Virus record (IMG/VR): IMGVR_UViG_3300014204_000015
Location: 1-64,000 of that record
DNA length: 64,000 nucleotides
Origin: a virus
Taxonomy: Duplodnaviria; Caudoviricetes
Reading direction: 5' to 3' (one strand)
Below are positions 8,696 through 18,649 of the stretch, piece after piece (position 1 is the first letter of the stretch; each line of letters begins with the position of its first letter). The translations under genes and the position numbers were made by a program. Below the pieces are notes generated by a model that had not been told where the DNA came from, did no database searches, and saw only the letters and a list, made by a program, of their open reading frames with translations.

Positions 8696-10618
8696 CTACT
8701 TGGCGAATGCCGAGTTGGCAACGAAGTCGATGTCGGTCGGAACGAACATATCCTCACGATTCACCTTCTTCGCGTTGGTAACTTCGGGGCCGTAGAAATT
8801 CTGGGCCGGGGCTTTCGCTGGGGGAGCAATCGACCGCAACTGCTCGATGGCAAGGCCCTCATAGACCTTGGCCTGCGCGGCCTTGGCTTCGCCGGCATTC
8901 TGGGTGAGACGTTCGATAAGGTCGGCTTTCTCCTTGGCCATCATCTCACGGCCATAGTTGAGAATTGCCTTGTCCTCATCACTGAGTTCCGGCTTGACCG
9001 GAGCGGTGGCGTTGGTTGTCACGGGCTTCTCCTTCTTCTCCCACACCCGCTTCTCGCGGTTGTAGGCTAGGTCATCACGGCCGTCGTTGAATCCCTTTTC
9101 AGCGGCAGCCAACAGTTCTTCGTTCTCAACGGCCTTCTCCGCTGCCTGTAGGGTCTTTTGGAGAGCGATGTCGGAAAGGCCTTCCAGCTCTTCACGGTCG
9201 TTCTCCGTCCAGCAGCAGCTGTTCTCAATCAAGCCGTCGATGATCTCCTTACGTTCGTTGTCGGTCATATCTGACCTTCCATTGTTAAAGGTTTGGCCAG
9301 ACTGGCCTAGTTGATTCTTGGTTTTTCCGAAACTGATAGCGTGGATAGACGCCATTGGACTAAGAACTTTCTCCCCAATGCCCATATCTCCAGCTGTAAC
9401 GTCCAGGATAGCCGCTTTCCGCTTAGTACCTTTTACAGTACCAAACCCCTTAACGGTACCCGTCATGGTCTTTCCTTGAGCCTGGTCACCCTTCCCCTTC
9501 TGATCCGTGAAAACGGCAAACACAGAATCTCCCACCTTTGCCCGCTTCACTACCGCTTCCACTTGATCGGCTTTTAGCCCTTTACCGGAAGTGGATTGAA
9601 TTGAAACCATTCCTCCCACGGTGGTTCCTACAGATACCCCTTCACCTAGTTCCTCGTCGATACTTGACTTAGGTCCTTTGGTTTTCCCCGATTCTCCCCC
9701 GCCACCGAAGTCGCCACCCTTGTCGGGGCCCATTGCGCCGCCAGCTCCACCCCCACCTCCTCCCCAACGGCCGTTTGCGTCCCGGGGCTGGGAGGGGCTG
9801 TAGTTCTCGGAGCCTTCTTCATCCTCTTCGTCGTCAGCGTCGTAGGGGTCCAGCAGCTGGTTCTTGGCTCCTTTAGTTGCAGTGAACTCGGCCTTGCGGG
9901 CTTCGGCTTCGGCGGAACCAACTGCGGCTCCCTTGATGCCTGGTTTCTTCTTCTTCTTGGACTTGGGCTTTCCGGTCTTGGGGTCTACCTCATCATCTTT
10001 GCCAAACTTGCCGGCATCATCCCGCTCATATTCGTCGTCGGTTTCATAGGCCACGGCTTTGTTCTCCTCATTGAATACTCCACAGCCGTCTCGGAGGGAG
10101 CAAGCCCCTACTTGATCGGGGAGCACCGCTAGATGGTCAGGGCGATAGTTTCGGGCGATGGCACGGTAAGGAATCTGCTTTCCCTCGGGGCCCTCGAATA
10201 CGGCATTCTCGGGGGCTCTCTGGTTCGTGGTTCCTAGTCCCGTGCTGAGTTCAATCTGTTCACCCTTTTCTAAGCGGCTGTAGACTCGGGGGTCAACTTC
10301 GCGGGTACGGGCCTCATCAAACCAGAGTTCAGCCCGTAGACGGTCGGAGTAGGTCGTATTCAGAACAACGCCAACCCCTTGACTATTGAGAGTCTCAATG
10401 TCTCGGCCCTTCCCCTTCTTGGGATGGTATACGAGAATCGGCATGTTGTTCCAGTCGTAAGGATTGGCCTTCAGCTCTTCTGGAGGGTAGAGGAGGGGGC
10501 CGTTGGAACCGTTCAACACCCCCGGAACGATGAGAGTAGCTGAAGCAACTAGGTGGGGGCGTCCATAGAGGGAGTCTCTGCGGACTCCACCGGACAGATT
10601 GGCTACAAGTCGTTCCAT
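8696..10618 (-). CDS. DUF2213-type prohead protease/scaffold fusion with a low-complexity insertion
   Basis: ELSTGL, ARNYRPDHLAVLPDQVGACS..DGCG motifs; helical C-terminal scaffold-like region. Confidence 0.8.
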   Translation of the reverse strand: MERLVANLSGGVRRDSLYGRPHLVASATLIVPGVLNGSNGPLLYPPEELKANPYDWNNMPILVYHPKKGKGRDIETLNSQGVGVVLNTTYSDRLRAELWFDEARTREVDPRVYSRLEKGEQIELSTGLGTTNQRAPENAVFEGPEGKQIPYRAIARNYRPDHLAVLPDQVGACSLRDGCGVFNEENKAVAYETDDEYERDDAGKFGKDDEVDPKTGKPKSKKKKKPGIKGAAVGSAEAEARKAEFTATKGAKNQLLDPYDADDEEDEEGSENYSPSQPRDANGRWGGGGGGAGGAMGPDKGGDFGGGGESGKTKGPKSSIDEELGEGVSVGTTVGGMVSIQSTSGKGLKADQVEAVVKRAKVGDSVFAVFTDQKGKGDQAQGKTMTGTVKGFGTVKGTKRKAAILDVTAGDMGIGEKVLSPMASIHAISFGKTKNQLGQSGQTFNNGRSDMTDNERKEIIDGLIENSCCWTENDREELEGLSDIALQKTLQAAEKAVENEELLAAAEKGFNDGRDDLAYNREKRVWEKKEKPVTTNATAPVKPELSDEDKAILNYGREMMAKEKADLIERLTQNAGEAKAAQAKVYEGLAIEQLRSIAPPAKAPAQNFYGPEVTNAKKVNREDMFVPTDIDFVANSAFAK

Positions 10619-10721
10619 AGAAAATCCCTCAAGGGGTCAGAGGCTAGCTACGTAAAATCTAGCCTAGCACAACCCCAGGAGGGATATAGTTTACAAAAGT
10701 CGAAGTGGTTAAACTTCCCGG

Positions 10722-10970
10722 TTAGTCCCCCGAATCCAGCAGTCTCACGTGCCGGTAGGCTACCCGCCGATTGACTAGGGTACAGACGATGTCGTGGCCG
10801 TTGGGACGTAACCTATCGCGGAGGTCCACTAGATTTTTGTTCAGTCGCCGTATCAGAAGGTCCTTTCCCGCGTAGGGGTCTTCCAAAGTGGTTAACAATT
10901 CTGACCTTAAATGGTTCTTGCCGTCGGCCAAAAGGTCCAGCACCACAGTTTGCCAGGGTGTAAATCGCAT
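10722..10970 (-). CDS. Small winged-helix DNA-binding protein
   Basis: FTPWQTVVLDLLADG..HLRSEL...LNKNLVDLRDRL pattern; AGGAGCGA RBS. Confidence 0.5.
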   Translation of the reverse strand: MRFTPWQTVVLDLLADGKNHLRSELLTTLEDPYAGKDLLIRRLNKNLVDLRDRLRPNGHDIVCTLVNRRVAYRHVRLLDSGD

Positions 10971-11311
10971 TATATCTTTCGCTCCTTTTCGATGAAGTAT
11001 TCAAACTCCCTTTGGTTACGCCTTTCCTTTAAGTACTCCTCCCAATTAGCGATAGCCAACGGAGGGTCCCAACCCGGTAGATGACTCTCCTCAATCGACG
11101 TTACGTAAGCCACCATCTTACCGTTTTGGTAGTAGGCTCGGCCTTGTGGGAGGTTACTTAGCTGGTCGTAACGTACCCGATGAGCATGCTGTTGTCCCTC
11201 GGGAAATAGCTCAATCCAGAAGAGTTTACCGTCCAGCTCCTCTACGTGAGCTACGACTGTCGCTGGTAAGTCTGGAGTTTCTACGGTCACATAGGGCTTT
11301 AGCTCTATCAT
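10970..11311 (-). CDS. Hypothetical protein directly downstream of the MuF polyvalent gene
   Basis: 113 aa; start overlaps the MuF stop. Confidence 0.6.
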   Translation of the reverse strand: MIELKPYVTVETPDLPATVVAHVEELDGKLFWIELFPEGQQHAHRVRYDQLSNLPQGRAYYQNGKMVAYVTSIEESHLPGWDPPLAIANWEEYLKERRNQREFEYFIEKERKI

Positions 11312-14300
11312 GATTTCGGATTCCCTACAATTACGATATCCTCAACTGGTCGGCCGTCGTTGAGATGGGTTATCTTGTTCTTGTGAAACGCCTTAATAAC
11401 TCTCTGTCGTTGATCCTCAGTCTGGGCTTTGATAAAGTCCAAGTCATCGAGCAGGGAGATACAATTCTTCAAGTCAGTTTCGTTATCGCCGTGCTTAGCG
11501 TTGGCCTTGAAGCCTTCTGGGTCTGACTTACGTTCATGTAGGGCCGAGATTCGCCCATAACGGTCCCCAGGGTACGATACAGCGTCTTGGCGGGCTAACG
11601 TCCCAATCTTGAAGTTCAACTCTCCAGATACCTCAGTACGCTTATTGATTCTCGTGAAGCAGTAAGAGGCTCCCCCAGATTCCATATCTGGACCAGGACT
11701 CATACCCTCTCGGCCTATTTTTACCCCTTTGCGTATGCGCTGGGTGGTACAGGTAAACTCTCCACCAGACTGTAGCATTGCATCTAGAACCTCATCCACG
11801 GGCCCGTAGGTACTATGGGAGAGGACGTAGCCCTTCATCTTCTTCTCCATTTCCTTCGGTGGTAGGTCCCAGCGATACCAGTAGCGGTGACCATCCCCGT
11901 AACCCGTCATCGTCACGCCTTTGGGGTTGTAAACGTCGGGCTTTAGGCTACGCACGTCGATGTTGTAGTTGGTTTTAACCCAATCCTTAATTTGCTCCAC
12001 CTTCTCGGCTGTTGGTAGCTCTGAGGCAAATACCTCCTTGTAGCTAAGTAGCTCGTGATCTTTGCGGAGATAGACAGAGCGATGCAAATACATTAGCTCT
12101 TCATAGGCTTCGTCAGGCGTGGTGTCTACCCCCATCGTTTCTAAGTGGTTGTAGGCTCTCTGGAGTTGCTCGGTCGTAGCTTCTCCCTTGATGACCATAT
12201 CCAACTTCCCTTGAATCGCTAGGGCGTCTTGCTCAACAAACGTACTAGAGCGGGGAATGAAGGAGACAGCTAGATCATCGTCAAAGTCTACTGTGACCAT
12301 TTCACCCCGCGTGAGGGTCTGGTATTCTCCCTTGCTAATCGCTCGGCCATTCTCGAATCGACAAACGCGCATGTTCTCCTTCTCTGTCCGGTATGCTAGG
12401 TTCGCCTTGCGGGCCTTCGGGGCTTTAGGTACGTATTGAGCAATCATTGGGGCAGTGGTTCCGGCTTCCTTGGCTTTTAGAATCTTGTCGATAGATTCCA
12501 AGTAGTATTTTTGCTGAGCCAAGGCAGCGGTCACTACCTCATCAGGTGGTAGCTTCTCAAGCGTAGCGATACCCGCTTGGAGATTCTCCTGAGTCTGAGT
12601 TAGCTTGGCGAGGGTTGAGGCGTTGTAGGCCTTGTCGCTTGCGTGGTAAGATACCGTCTTCGCTCCCGCCTGAATCGAGTCAAAGTAGGGGTCACTTACA
12701 GCCGTCGGTGATTTGACGACTACGCCTTGATTACGTAACCAACCTTGAACCGTCTGGCTGCCCTTCTCAGTTAGCTTGAGCTGTACCCGCGTGACTGGAG
12801 TACCCTCTTCATCCATCTCCTGCCAAATCATAATGTTGTTATCCTCAATCAGGTCCTTATCACCCTGGAGGGTAACGCCATTGATTCGGCTATTAACTAC
12901 CCGCTTGGCAGTGTCTTCGGTGATGCCTGGTTCGGCTAGTCGGGCTTTGATGCGCTTATCCAAACCGCCTACGGTTGTGGGCTTCGTTTTGAGTTGGGAT
13001 TCTAGGTACTTGATACGGCCTTGGACTAGGGTTCTGAGGTCGTCATCCTCAATCGCGTTCAAGATGTTAGCCCGGTTCGCTACGATCTGCCTGATTTGCT
13101 TATCGATCCGCTCCCCGCTTAGGCCTTTGAATATCTCGGCCGTATTGGGATTGATCGAAGCATCCCGTAGGCTCTTTAGCTCTTCAACCGTAGTGTTCCA
13201 GTTGCGCTTCAGAGTACCTTGAGCCCGATAGAGTAGGGCCCCGCCGTTATCAATACGGTAGGCCTTACCCCCAACCACCATGATATTATCCATATTCAAG
13301 CCGGCAACGTCCCAGTTCCCCAATAGGGCGTCGGTCACGAAACCGTCTTGGATCTGGGTATACATGGCCTTGACTTCGGCTTCGGTAGCCTTCTTAGACC
13401 ATTCGGCTAGGGTCTTACCCTCCAGGAACTCGGACACCTTGAGTGGACCGCCTTCGTTCTCAATGATCCCAGAGTTGGGGACGTTAATGCCCTGCTTTCT
13501 GTAGAGCTGATCGGCTAGGGCTTCGGAGCGTAGGTGATCGGGCTTGATTCCTACTTCGGTGGACTTGACAACCCAGAGTTTCCCGTCGGGGTCCTCCATC
13601 AGAACCGGATGCGTTGAGCCGGGCAAGTCTCGCACCTTTGTTAACGTCGCAACATCCGGTAGGCCTCCTGGAGAAGAGGTAGGGGGAAGGGCCGTAGCAA
13701 TCTCAGGACTGCCTAGCTTCGCTTTCTTGGCAATGCTGGCTGCCTTACCTCCCTTACCCCCCACCTTCTTGTAACCCGCTGCAATTGCTTCGTCAAACTT
13801 AGGGTTGCGGAATCCCTGCTTCAGGTTCTCCAGTTCCTTAAAGGCTGCTTCTACAATCTTGAGATCACGGGCCTTACCAATCTTGCTCGTGGACTGACTA
13901 ATGAGTTCTATCGCCTCTTCCTTCGTAGCCCACCGTAAGGCGTGTGTTTCCTCATCCATGAGGTTTAGGTCCTGACCCGTACTTCGCATCACGTACATAC
14001 CAAGGTCGGAGGTTTCACCCTCGAAGGTTCCATCCAATGCGCTGATGATCTGACCCTTGTGCCCTGTCTCTTCGGCTACCTCCTTGAGGGCGGTCTTCAT
14101 TGCTGACATGCCCTTCTCGGGGGTACCCTTCGGGAAGGTCCAAGCGTAGCCTCCAAAATGGTTGGTCGGCTCTCGGAGGAGTATCCGCCCGTAGTTGTCG
14201 AAGATCACGCCGCCATAGCTCATGTCTGCGGAGGTCCAGCCGATAGTCTCCATATCCATCTGGGCTACGGCTATGTGGCTCTTCTTCAGCCCGTCGAGGG

Positions 14301-15936
14301 TATTGCCGAGGGCCTGGGCTTCGGCTTCCGAGATCAAAACCGGGGGTTTAGGTAAGACCGGGGGCGGGAGAGGGGCCGGAATAGGCTGCGTAGGCAACGG
14401 AGGTGCCGAAATAGGTGGGGGTACGGGCTCGGGAGGCTTAGGACTCACGGGAGGGGGCCCGGGCTTTAGCGGGCCCGTTTCGGCCTTCTTTAGCCCCTTG
14501 CTTCCCGCTTCCCCGACGTTCGCGGGTAGGAAGGCGCAGCGGCAATTCGGATGTCGCGGTATCTGGCCGTGGGCCTCCTTAATTGAGAATATCTTACCGT
14601 CCAAGTCTCGGCACTTGGGGCACACCCGTAGGTCGCCCGCCGTAGACCATTCGACCATTACTCCAACCTGGTCAACCCCTAGCTTTTCGAGGGCGTCCAA
14701 TTGCCCCTCTGCGTGTGCACGTACACACTCTGTGCGAGCTATCAGCAAGGAGCGGTTCTTGCCTAGGCCTTCGACCGTCTTGTTGAGCTCTCGGGCAATC
14801 TCGAAAGGGTTCTGACCTTGGGCTAGGCCGTCGGTGAGTACCCGATTCATCTGCGTCGCCATTGCCTCGGTGACGCCCTTGAGCTCAGTGAAGACTCGGC
14901 CCGCCATGAGCTTGACCTTGTCCACGCTCTCGGGCTGACCAAATGCTCGCTGTAGGAACTCCTCCTTGGAGCCCTGGTAGAAGTCCAGCTTCTTGTTCGC
15001 CCCCGCGAGAGCCCTACGCTGCTTGTAAACGTCGTCGAAGGCTCGGCCTGCTCCCTTGTCGTAGGCGTCGGCTACGTACTTTTCCCAATAGGGGTCCTTC
15101 TCGGAGGCTATCAGCTCCCCCATCTTGCCCTTGAGCCAAGTCATGAAGACCGCTATCTGCTCGGGCTTCGTAGTGAACTGGAACTTGGCGTTTAGAGGGT
15201 GTTGTGTATGTGTTATAATTGGATCATTCGGATCAAATGTACCTCGATTACCAGTTGCTGATTTGAGCTGCGTTCCCTTCAGAACAACGTACTCGGTTGC
15301 TCCAGACTTTGGCATGCGGTAAATAACGCCATCGTACCCAAGAGATTCCAACTTATCAGTTATGTCCCAAGAACTCTCATCACCCCTAAGGCCTAGAGCA
15401 CTAACTATGGCTTGTCGCTTCGGTATCGCGTCATCATTATCTAGGATGAGTGGTTTTTGAATACTAGCGTAGACAGGATAGACTCGGCTGGCTGTTCCGC
15501 CGTGCATAGCGTACCAGTCAGCGGTACTAGGCTTATCAGTGAGATATACCCCAACGCCAAAAAACCCACTATCTGTAGATGCCCCAGTCCTACCCGGCTC
15601 AAACGCGTCAAATTCGGATGCTGCTGTACCGTGGTATATGACCTTGGGATTACCTTCCTCATCTATAACCTTAGAGTCACCGAACCACTGTGCAAACTCG
15701 GGCGAGTATGCGGGAGCCCCACCACCTGAACCCCACCTACCGCGAGCATCCCTAGGTTGAGAAGGGTTGTAGTTGTTAACCCCTAGAGCATCCTCATAGC
15801 CGATGACCGCCGTGATCTCGGCCTTGAGTAGATTGATCCTCTTGGTAGCCTGAGCCTCGAATGCCCTACGGATCATCTTGGTGCGGCTAGGATCGGGGTT
15901 TGGGGCGGTATTGAGAATGGGGAGCGTTCTAATCAT
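11308..15936 (-). CDS. MuF (SPP1 gp7-like) minor head protein fused to ART-PolyVal-like, NUDIX, PI3K/PI4K-like kinase and a C-terminal putative ADP-ribosyltransferase domain
   Basis: MuF: IARTE..RAH.EG, WSTAGD.RVCPKC, HPNCRCAF; ART: YHGT..GVYLTD..GYDG..EYVV; NUDIX box G.....M.......KE.AEETG; kinase VVKS..SE.LA..LGNWD...DNIM..IDNG. Confidence 0.85.
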   Translation of the reverse strand: MIRTLPILNTAPNPDPSRTKMIRRAFEAQATKRINLLKAEITAVIGYEDALGVNNYNPSQPRDARGRWGSGGGAPAYSPEFAQWFGDSKVIDEEGNPKVIYHGTAASEFDAFEPGRTGASTDSGFFGVGVYLTDKPSTADWYAMHGGTASRVYPVYASIQKPLILDNDDAIPKRQAIVSALGLRGDESSWDITDKLESLGYDGVIYRMPKSGATEYVVLKGTQLKSATGNRGTFDPNDPIITHTQHPLNAKFQFTTKPEQIAVFMTWLKGKMGELIASEKDPYWEKYVADAYDKGAGRAFDDVYKQRRALAGANKKLDFYQGSKEEFLQRAFGQPESVDKVKLMAGRVFTELKGVTEAMATQMNRVLTDGLAQGQNPFEIARELNKTVEGLGKNRSLLIARTECVRAHAEGQLDALEKLGVDQVGVMVEWSTAGDLRVCPKCRDLDGKIFSIKEAHGQIPRHPNCRCAFLPANVGEAGSKGLKKAETGPLKPGPPPVSPKPPEPVPPPISAPPLPTQPIPAPLPPPVLPKPPVLISEAEAQALGNTLDGLKKSHIAVAQMDMETIGWTSADMSYGGVIFDNYGRILLREPTNHFGGYAWTFPKGTPEKGMSAMKTALKEVAEETGHKGQIISALDGTFEGETSDLGMYVMRSTGQDLNLMDEETHALRWATKEEAIELISQSTSKIGKARDLKIVEAAFKELENLKQGFRNPKFDEAIAAGYKKVGGKGGKAASIAKKAKLGSPEIATALPPTSSPGGLPDVATLTKVRDLPGSTHPVLMEDPDGKLWVVKSTEVGIKPDHLRSEALADQLYRKQGINVPNSGIIENEGGPLKVSEFLEGKTLAEWSKKATEAEVKAMYTQIQDGFVTDALLGNWDVAGLNMDNIMVVGGKAYRIDNGGALLYRAQGTLKRNWNTTVEELKSLRDASINPNTAEIFKGLSGERIDKQIRQIVANRANILNAIEDDDLRTLVQGRIKYLESQLKTKPTTVGGLDKRIKARLAEPGITEDTAKRVVNSRINGVTLQGDKDLIEDNNIMIWQEMDEEGTPVTRVQLKLTEKGSQTVQGWLRNQGVVVKSPTAVSDPYFDSIQAGAKTVSYHASDKAYNASTLAKLTQTQENLQAGIATLEKLPPDEVVTAALAQQKYYLESIDKILKAKEAGTTAPMIAQYVPKAPKARKANLAYRTEKENMRVCRFENGRAISKGEYQTLTRGEMVTVDFDDDLAVSFIPRSSTFVEQDALAIQGKLDMVIKGEATTEQLQRAYNHLETMGVDTTPDEAYEELMYLHRSVYLRKDHELLSYKEVFASELPTAEKVEQIKDWVKTNYNIDVRSLKPDVYNPKGVTMTGYGDGHRYWYRWDLPPKEMEKKMKGYVLSHSTYGPVDEVLDAMLQSGGEFTCTTQRIRKGVKIGREGMSPGPDMESGGASYCFTRINKRTEVSGELNFKIGTLARQDAVSYPGDRYGRISALHERKSDPEGFKANAKHGDNETDLKNCISLLDDLDFIKAQTEDQRQRVIKAFHKNKITHLNDGRPVEDIVIVGNPKS

Positions 15937-16250
15937 TCTACATCCTCTCGGGAATCTTCGTAGGCTGGCAGCTTGGCAATGTTAGCCCGTCGAATAGCTG
16001 CCGCACGCTCTTTGATTTCTTCGGGCGTAGGGTCTGGTTCTACAAGAGCCCTACTGGTAGCATTGGTTTTGGTATCGACTCCTTGCCGCCGTAGGAATCT
16101 TCCTACCTCTGCTGCGTCGAGTTGAAATCGTTTGGCAATCTCGCCGATGAGAAAGCCTTGTTCGTACTGGTCCATTATCGTCCGCCGTAGCGAGTCAGGC
16201 CAGGTAGTTAAATCATGTGGTCTGACTCGCTCAATAACCAATTGATCCAC
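15933..16250 (-). CDS. HTH-containing hypothetical protein
   Basis: YEQGFLIGEIAKRFQLDAAEVGRFLRRQG. Confidence 0.55.
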   Translation of the reverse strand: MDQLVIERVRPHDLTTWPDSLRRTIMDQYEQGFLIGEIAKRFQLDAAEVGRFLRRQGVDTKTNATSRALVEPDPTPEEIKERAAAIRRANIAKLPAYEDSREDVE

Positions 16251-16251
16251 G

Positions 16252-18006
16252 TCACTCCTCCTTTGGTGGGAATGGGGGCTTCTTACCGGCTGGGGGTTGA
16301 ACTAGCTTCTCGCCTTCCTTCATCTTAATCGGCATCGGAGGAGGTTCTTCCAGGGCCTTCTCTTCACCTTCAATCTTCGTTTCCAACCGGGCTTCCAAGA
16401 GGCCCTCTTCATCCAGGACCTTCTTGATGGAAGTAGCTTCATCCTGGGTAAACCCTAGGATCATCGTGAGGTAGTTCATAATGGGAATCACCTGAATGCC
16501 GTCTCCAGCAATGTAGGCTACGATAGCCTGCGTCAACTGAAGGGCTACGGCAGCCTGTTGAACCTTATCCAAGCCGTCGGCAGTAGGCCACGATACCCCG
16601 TAACCCTTCGGCTTCTTTGCCTTCGGGCCCGTAGGCTTCTCGGGGATAGGTTGGGGCTTTGCTCCCTCCATTCCCGCTTCCACGGGCGAACCTTCCTGGA
16701 GGGAAGTACCGCCGCCTTGAGGCACTGGCAAAAACCCTAATGATATCATGCGATTGAATGTGGGGATGATTAGCCTTGGGGTGACTCGGCCGTTCCTACG
16801 TCCTTCGATGACCTTGGTCCATTCCCCAGAGTCTTGGGCCGAAGACAATTCACCCCGCTCTGAGCCCATGAAGATACGCTTAGGACAGTCGAGAGCAATA
16901 CAAATTGCCTCGATCTGCGTATTGATATGTGCTGTCGGATCGGCTACGGCCGGGGCTAGGCTCTTGGCCGCCATCCCAGAGGTAACCAAGAACCTTTGGA
17001 GGCCATTCATGTAGTATTCGATCTGAGTCTTCATCGAAGAAGAGTCAATCTCGACGTCACCACCTAGCTGAGGATGTGTCTCGAAGGATAGGCCGGGTAA
17101 GGCTCCCTGCCAGAACATCTCAGCACTACCGCCGTAGGTCTTATCCAAGTCCAATAGCCGGTTAAGTACTGGACGCATTCTTGGAATGTGGAAGATTTCG
17201 GAGCTGGTGAGATCATCTGTAATGTGAATCACTCTGGACCAATGAACCCTTATGCTTTCACTGCGTGGCCGAATGGTTGTATCCGCCGATATCTGAAGCC
17301 TACTCGTATCATCGAAGTCCAGGTTGTAGTAGGTCGGCATCCCATATCTTGGGCTAGTGATGTCGTCGTCAAATTCCAAGATTTGGGCTAGGCTCTCGGG
17401 GAAGGTCCTGAGGTAGATGAGTTCCCGGAGGGTCTCAGCGTTCTGAACCGTGTCTTTCTTGTTTCTGAATTCCAGGGGCTTGGATAGGTCCTTACCTTCA
17501 TCCCCCCCTACCCCGAAGAGAGTCACCCCGTAGTGGCCAATCCCACTAACAATATCGGAACGGGCTAGAATCTCCCAGAGAGGGTTACCCTGATCTCCCT
17601 CATACCAGTTATCACCCCGTAGCTTGTCCCCCAATTCACGCACTGCTGCCTCAAAGGGAGTCTCAACGTCGGGGTTCTCATCCTCAAAGACGCTCGGCTG
17701 CTCTCTCCAGCAATGGCGGGGGAGTAGCTCCACGACCTTCTTGGCTATTGGATTCCGGTTGTACTGGTCTTCGTACAGATCCAGGGTAATCCGCTCGGTG
17801 GTAGGATAGCCACATTCGTCGTTCAAGTCTCTGCGCGGGTCTGCTTGATCGTCTCGGGCCCCTAGCCGACTGTAGCGGGTAGTGTAGTTCTCGACGTTAG
17901 CCCCTAGTGTAGGGCCTCTGCGGCGTGGTTGGTTGATAATCCTCTCGACTCGGTTGAGGAGGCGATTGAACTGGTTCATGGTAAAGATATCCGGTGCACT
18001 ACTCAT
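16252..18006 (-). CDS. Portal protein (DUF1073 type)
   Basis: RNPIAKKVV..P..CW, SPRYGMP..Y, VHWSRVIH, P.MRPVLN.L.DL.K..GGSAE.FW, IP.RI..G.ERGEL.S motifs; synteny. Confidence 0.85.
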   Translation of the reverse strand: MSSAPDIFTMNQFNRLLNRVERIINQPRRRGPTLGANVENYTTRYSRLGARDDQADPRRDLNDECGYPTTERITLDLYEDQYNRNPIAKKVVELLPRHCWREQPSVFEDENPDVETPFEAAVRELGDKLRGDNWYEGDQGNPLWEILARSDIVSGIGHYGVTLFGVGGDEGKDLSKPLEFRNKKDTVQNAETLRELIYLRTFPESLAQILEFDDDITSPRYGMPTYYNLDFDDTSRLQISADTTIRPRSESIRVHWSRVIHITDDLTSSEIFHIPRMRPVLNRLLDLDKTYGGSAEMFWQGALPGLSFETHPQLGGDVEIDSSSMKTQIEYYMNGLQRFLVTSGMAAKSLAPAVADPTAHINTQIEAICIALDCPKRIFMGSERGELSSAQDSGEWTKVIEGRRNGRVTPRLIIPTFNRMISLGFLPVPQGGGTSLQEGSPVEAGMEGAKPQPIPEKPTGPKAKKPKGYGVSWPTADGLDKVQQAAVALQLTQAIVAYIAGDGIQVIPIMNYLTMILGFTQDEATSIKKVLDEEGLLEARLETKIEGEEKALEEPPPMPIKMKEGEKLVQPPAGKKPPFPPKEE

Positions 18007-18649
18007 GATCTAACTCCTTCATTATTCGGGATTGGGCTATCTCATAATATTCTCGGCTACGCTCCATCCCCACAAACCGCCTACCTAATCGCACTGCCGC
18101 AATCCCCGTCGAACCGCTTCCCATGTAGGGGTCGCAAACTAAATCCCCTGGTTTAGTATACTGGTTAATCAATATCTCCATTAGAGCCACTGGCTTCTGT
18201 GTGGGGTGTACCCGCCGTTCTCTTTGTTCTGACTCTTTAAGGCACCCCATCCACCTATGGGGTATCAATCGAGCAGCACCACCTACGTTAGTCCATATCA
18301 ATTCGCAGTCGGATTGATCGTTGAATCCCCACTCTCGCTTGCTTGTTAGTCCATTCAGTTTATCCCAGACTACCCAACCCCCAGAGACAGGTAGCCTAGG
18401 GGCAAAATAATTAGCTCCAAACAAGACCACTACGGGGTAGCCTAACAAGTGAGTAGGGTCAAACGGCTCTTGGTCTCCGATGATCAGAGGGTAATTATTA
18501 CCTAGAGCCCCATTCCAATGAGGGCCTCTACCACTAGCCCTATAACTGGTATTGACTTTGATACCGTAAGGTGGGTCGCTGATGATAGCCTTGATTCCCT
18601 TGATATGGGGTAATACCAGCTTACAATCACCACGGTAGAGTTTATACAT
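17999..18649 (-). CDS. DNA methyltransferase (N4-C/N6-A, beta class)
   Basis: DPPYG, HPTQKP..LM, DPYMGSGSTG. Confidence 0.9.
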   Translation of the reverse strand: MYKLYRGDCKLVLPHIKGIKAIISDPPYGIKVNTSYRASGRGPHWNGALGNNYPLIIGDQEPFDPTHLLGYPVVVLFGANYFAPRLPVSGGWVVWDKLNGLTSKREWGFNDQSDCELIWTNVGGAARLIPHRWMGCLKESEQRERRVHPTQKPVALMEILINQYTKPGDLVCDPYMGSGSTGIAAVRLGRRFVGMERSREYYEIAQSRIMKELDHE

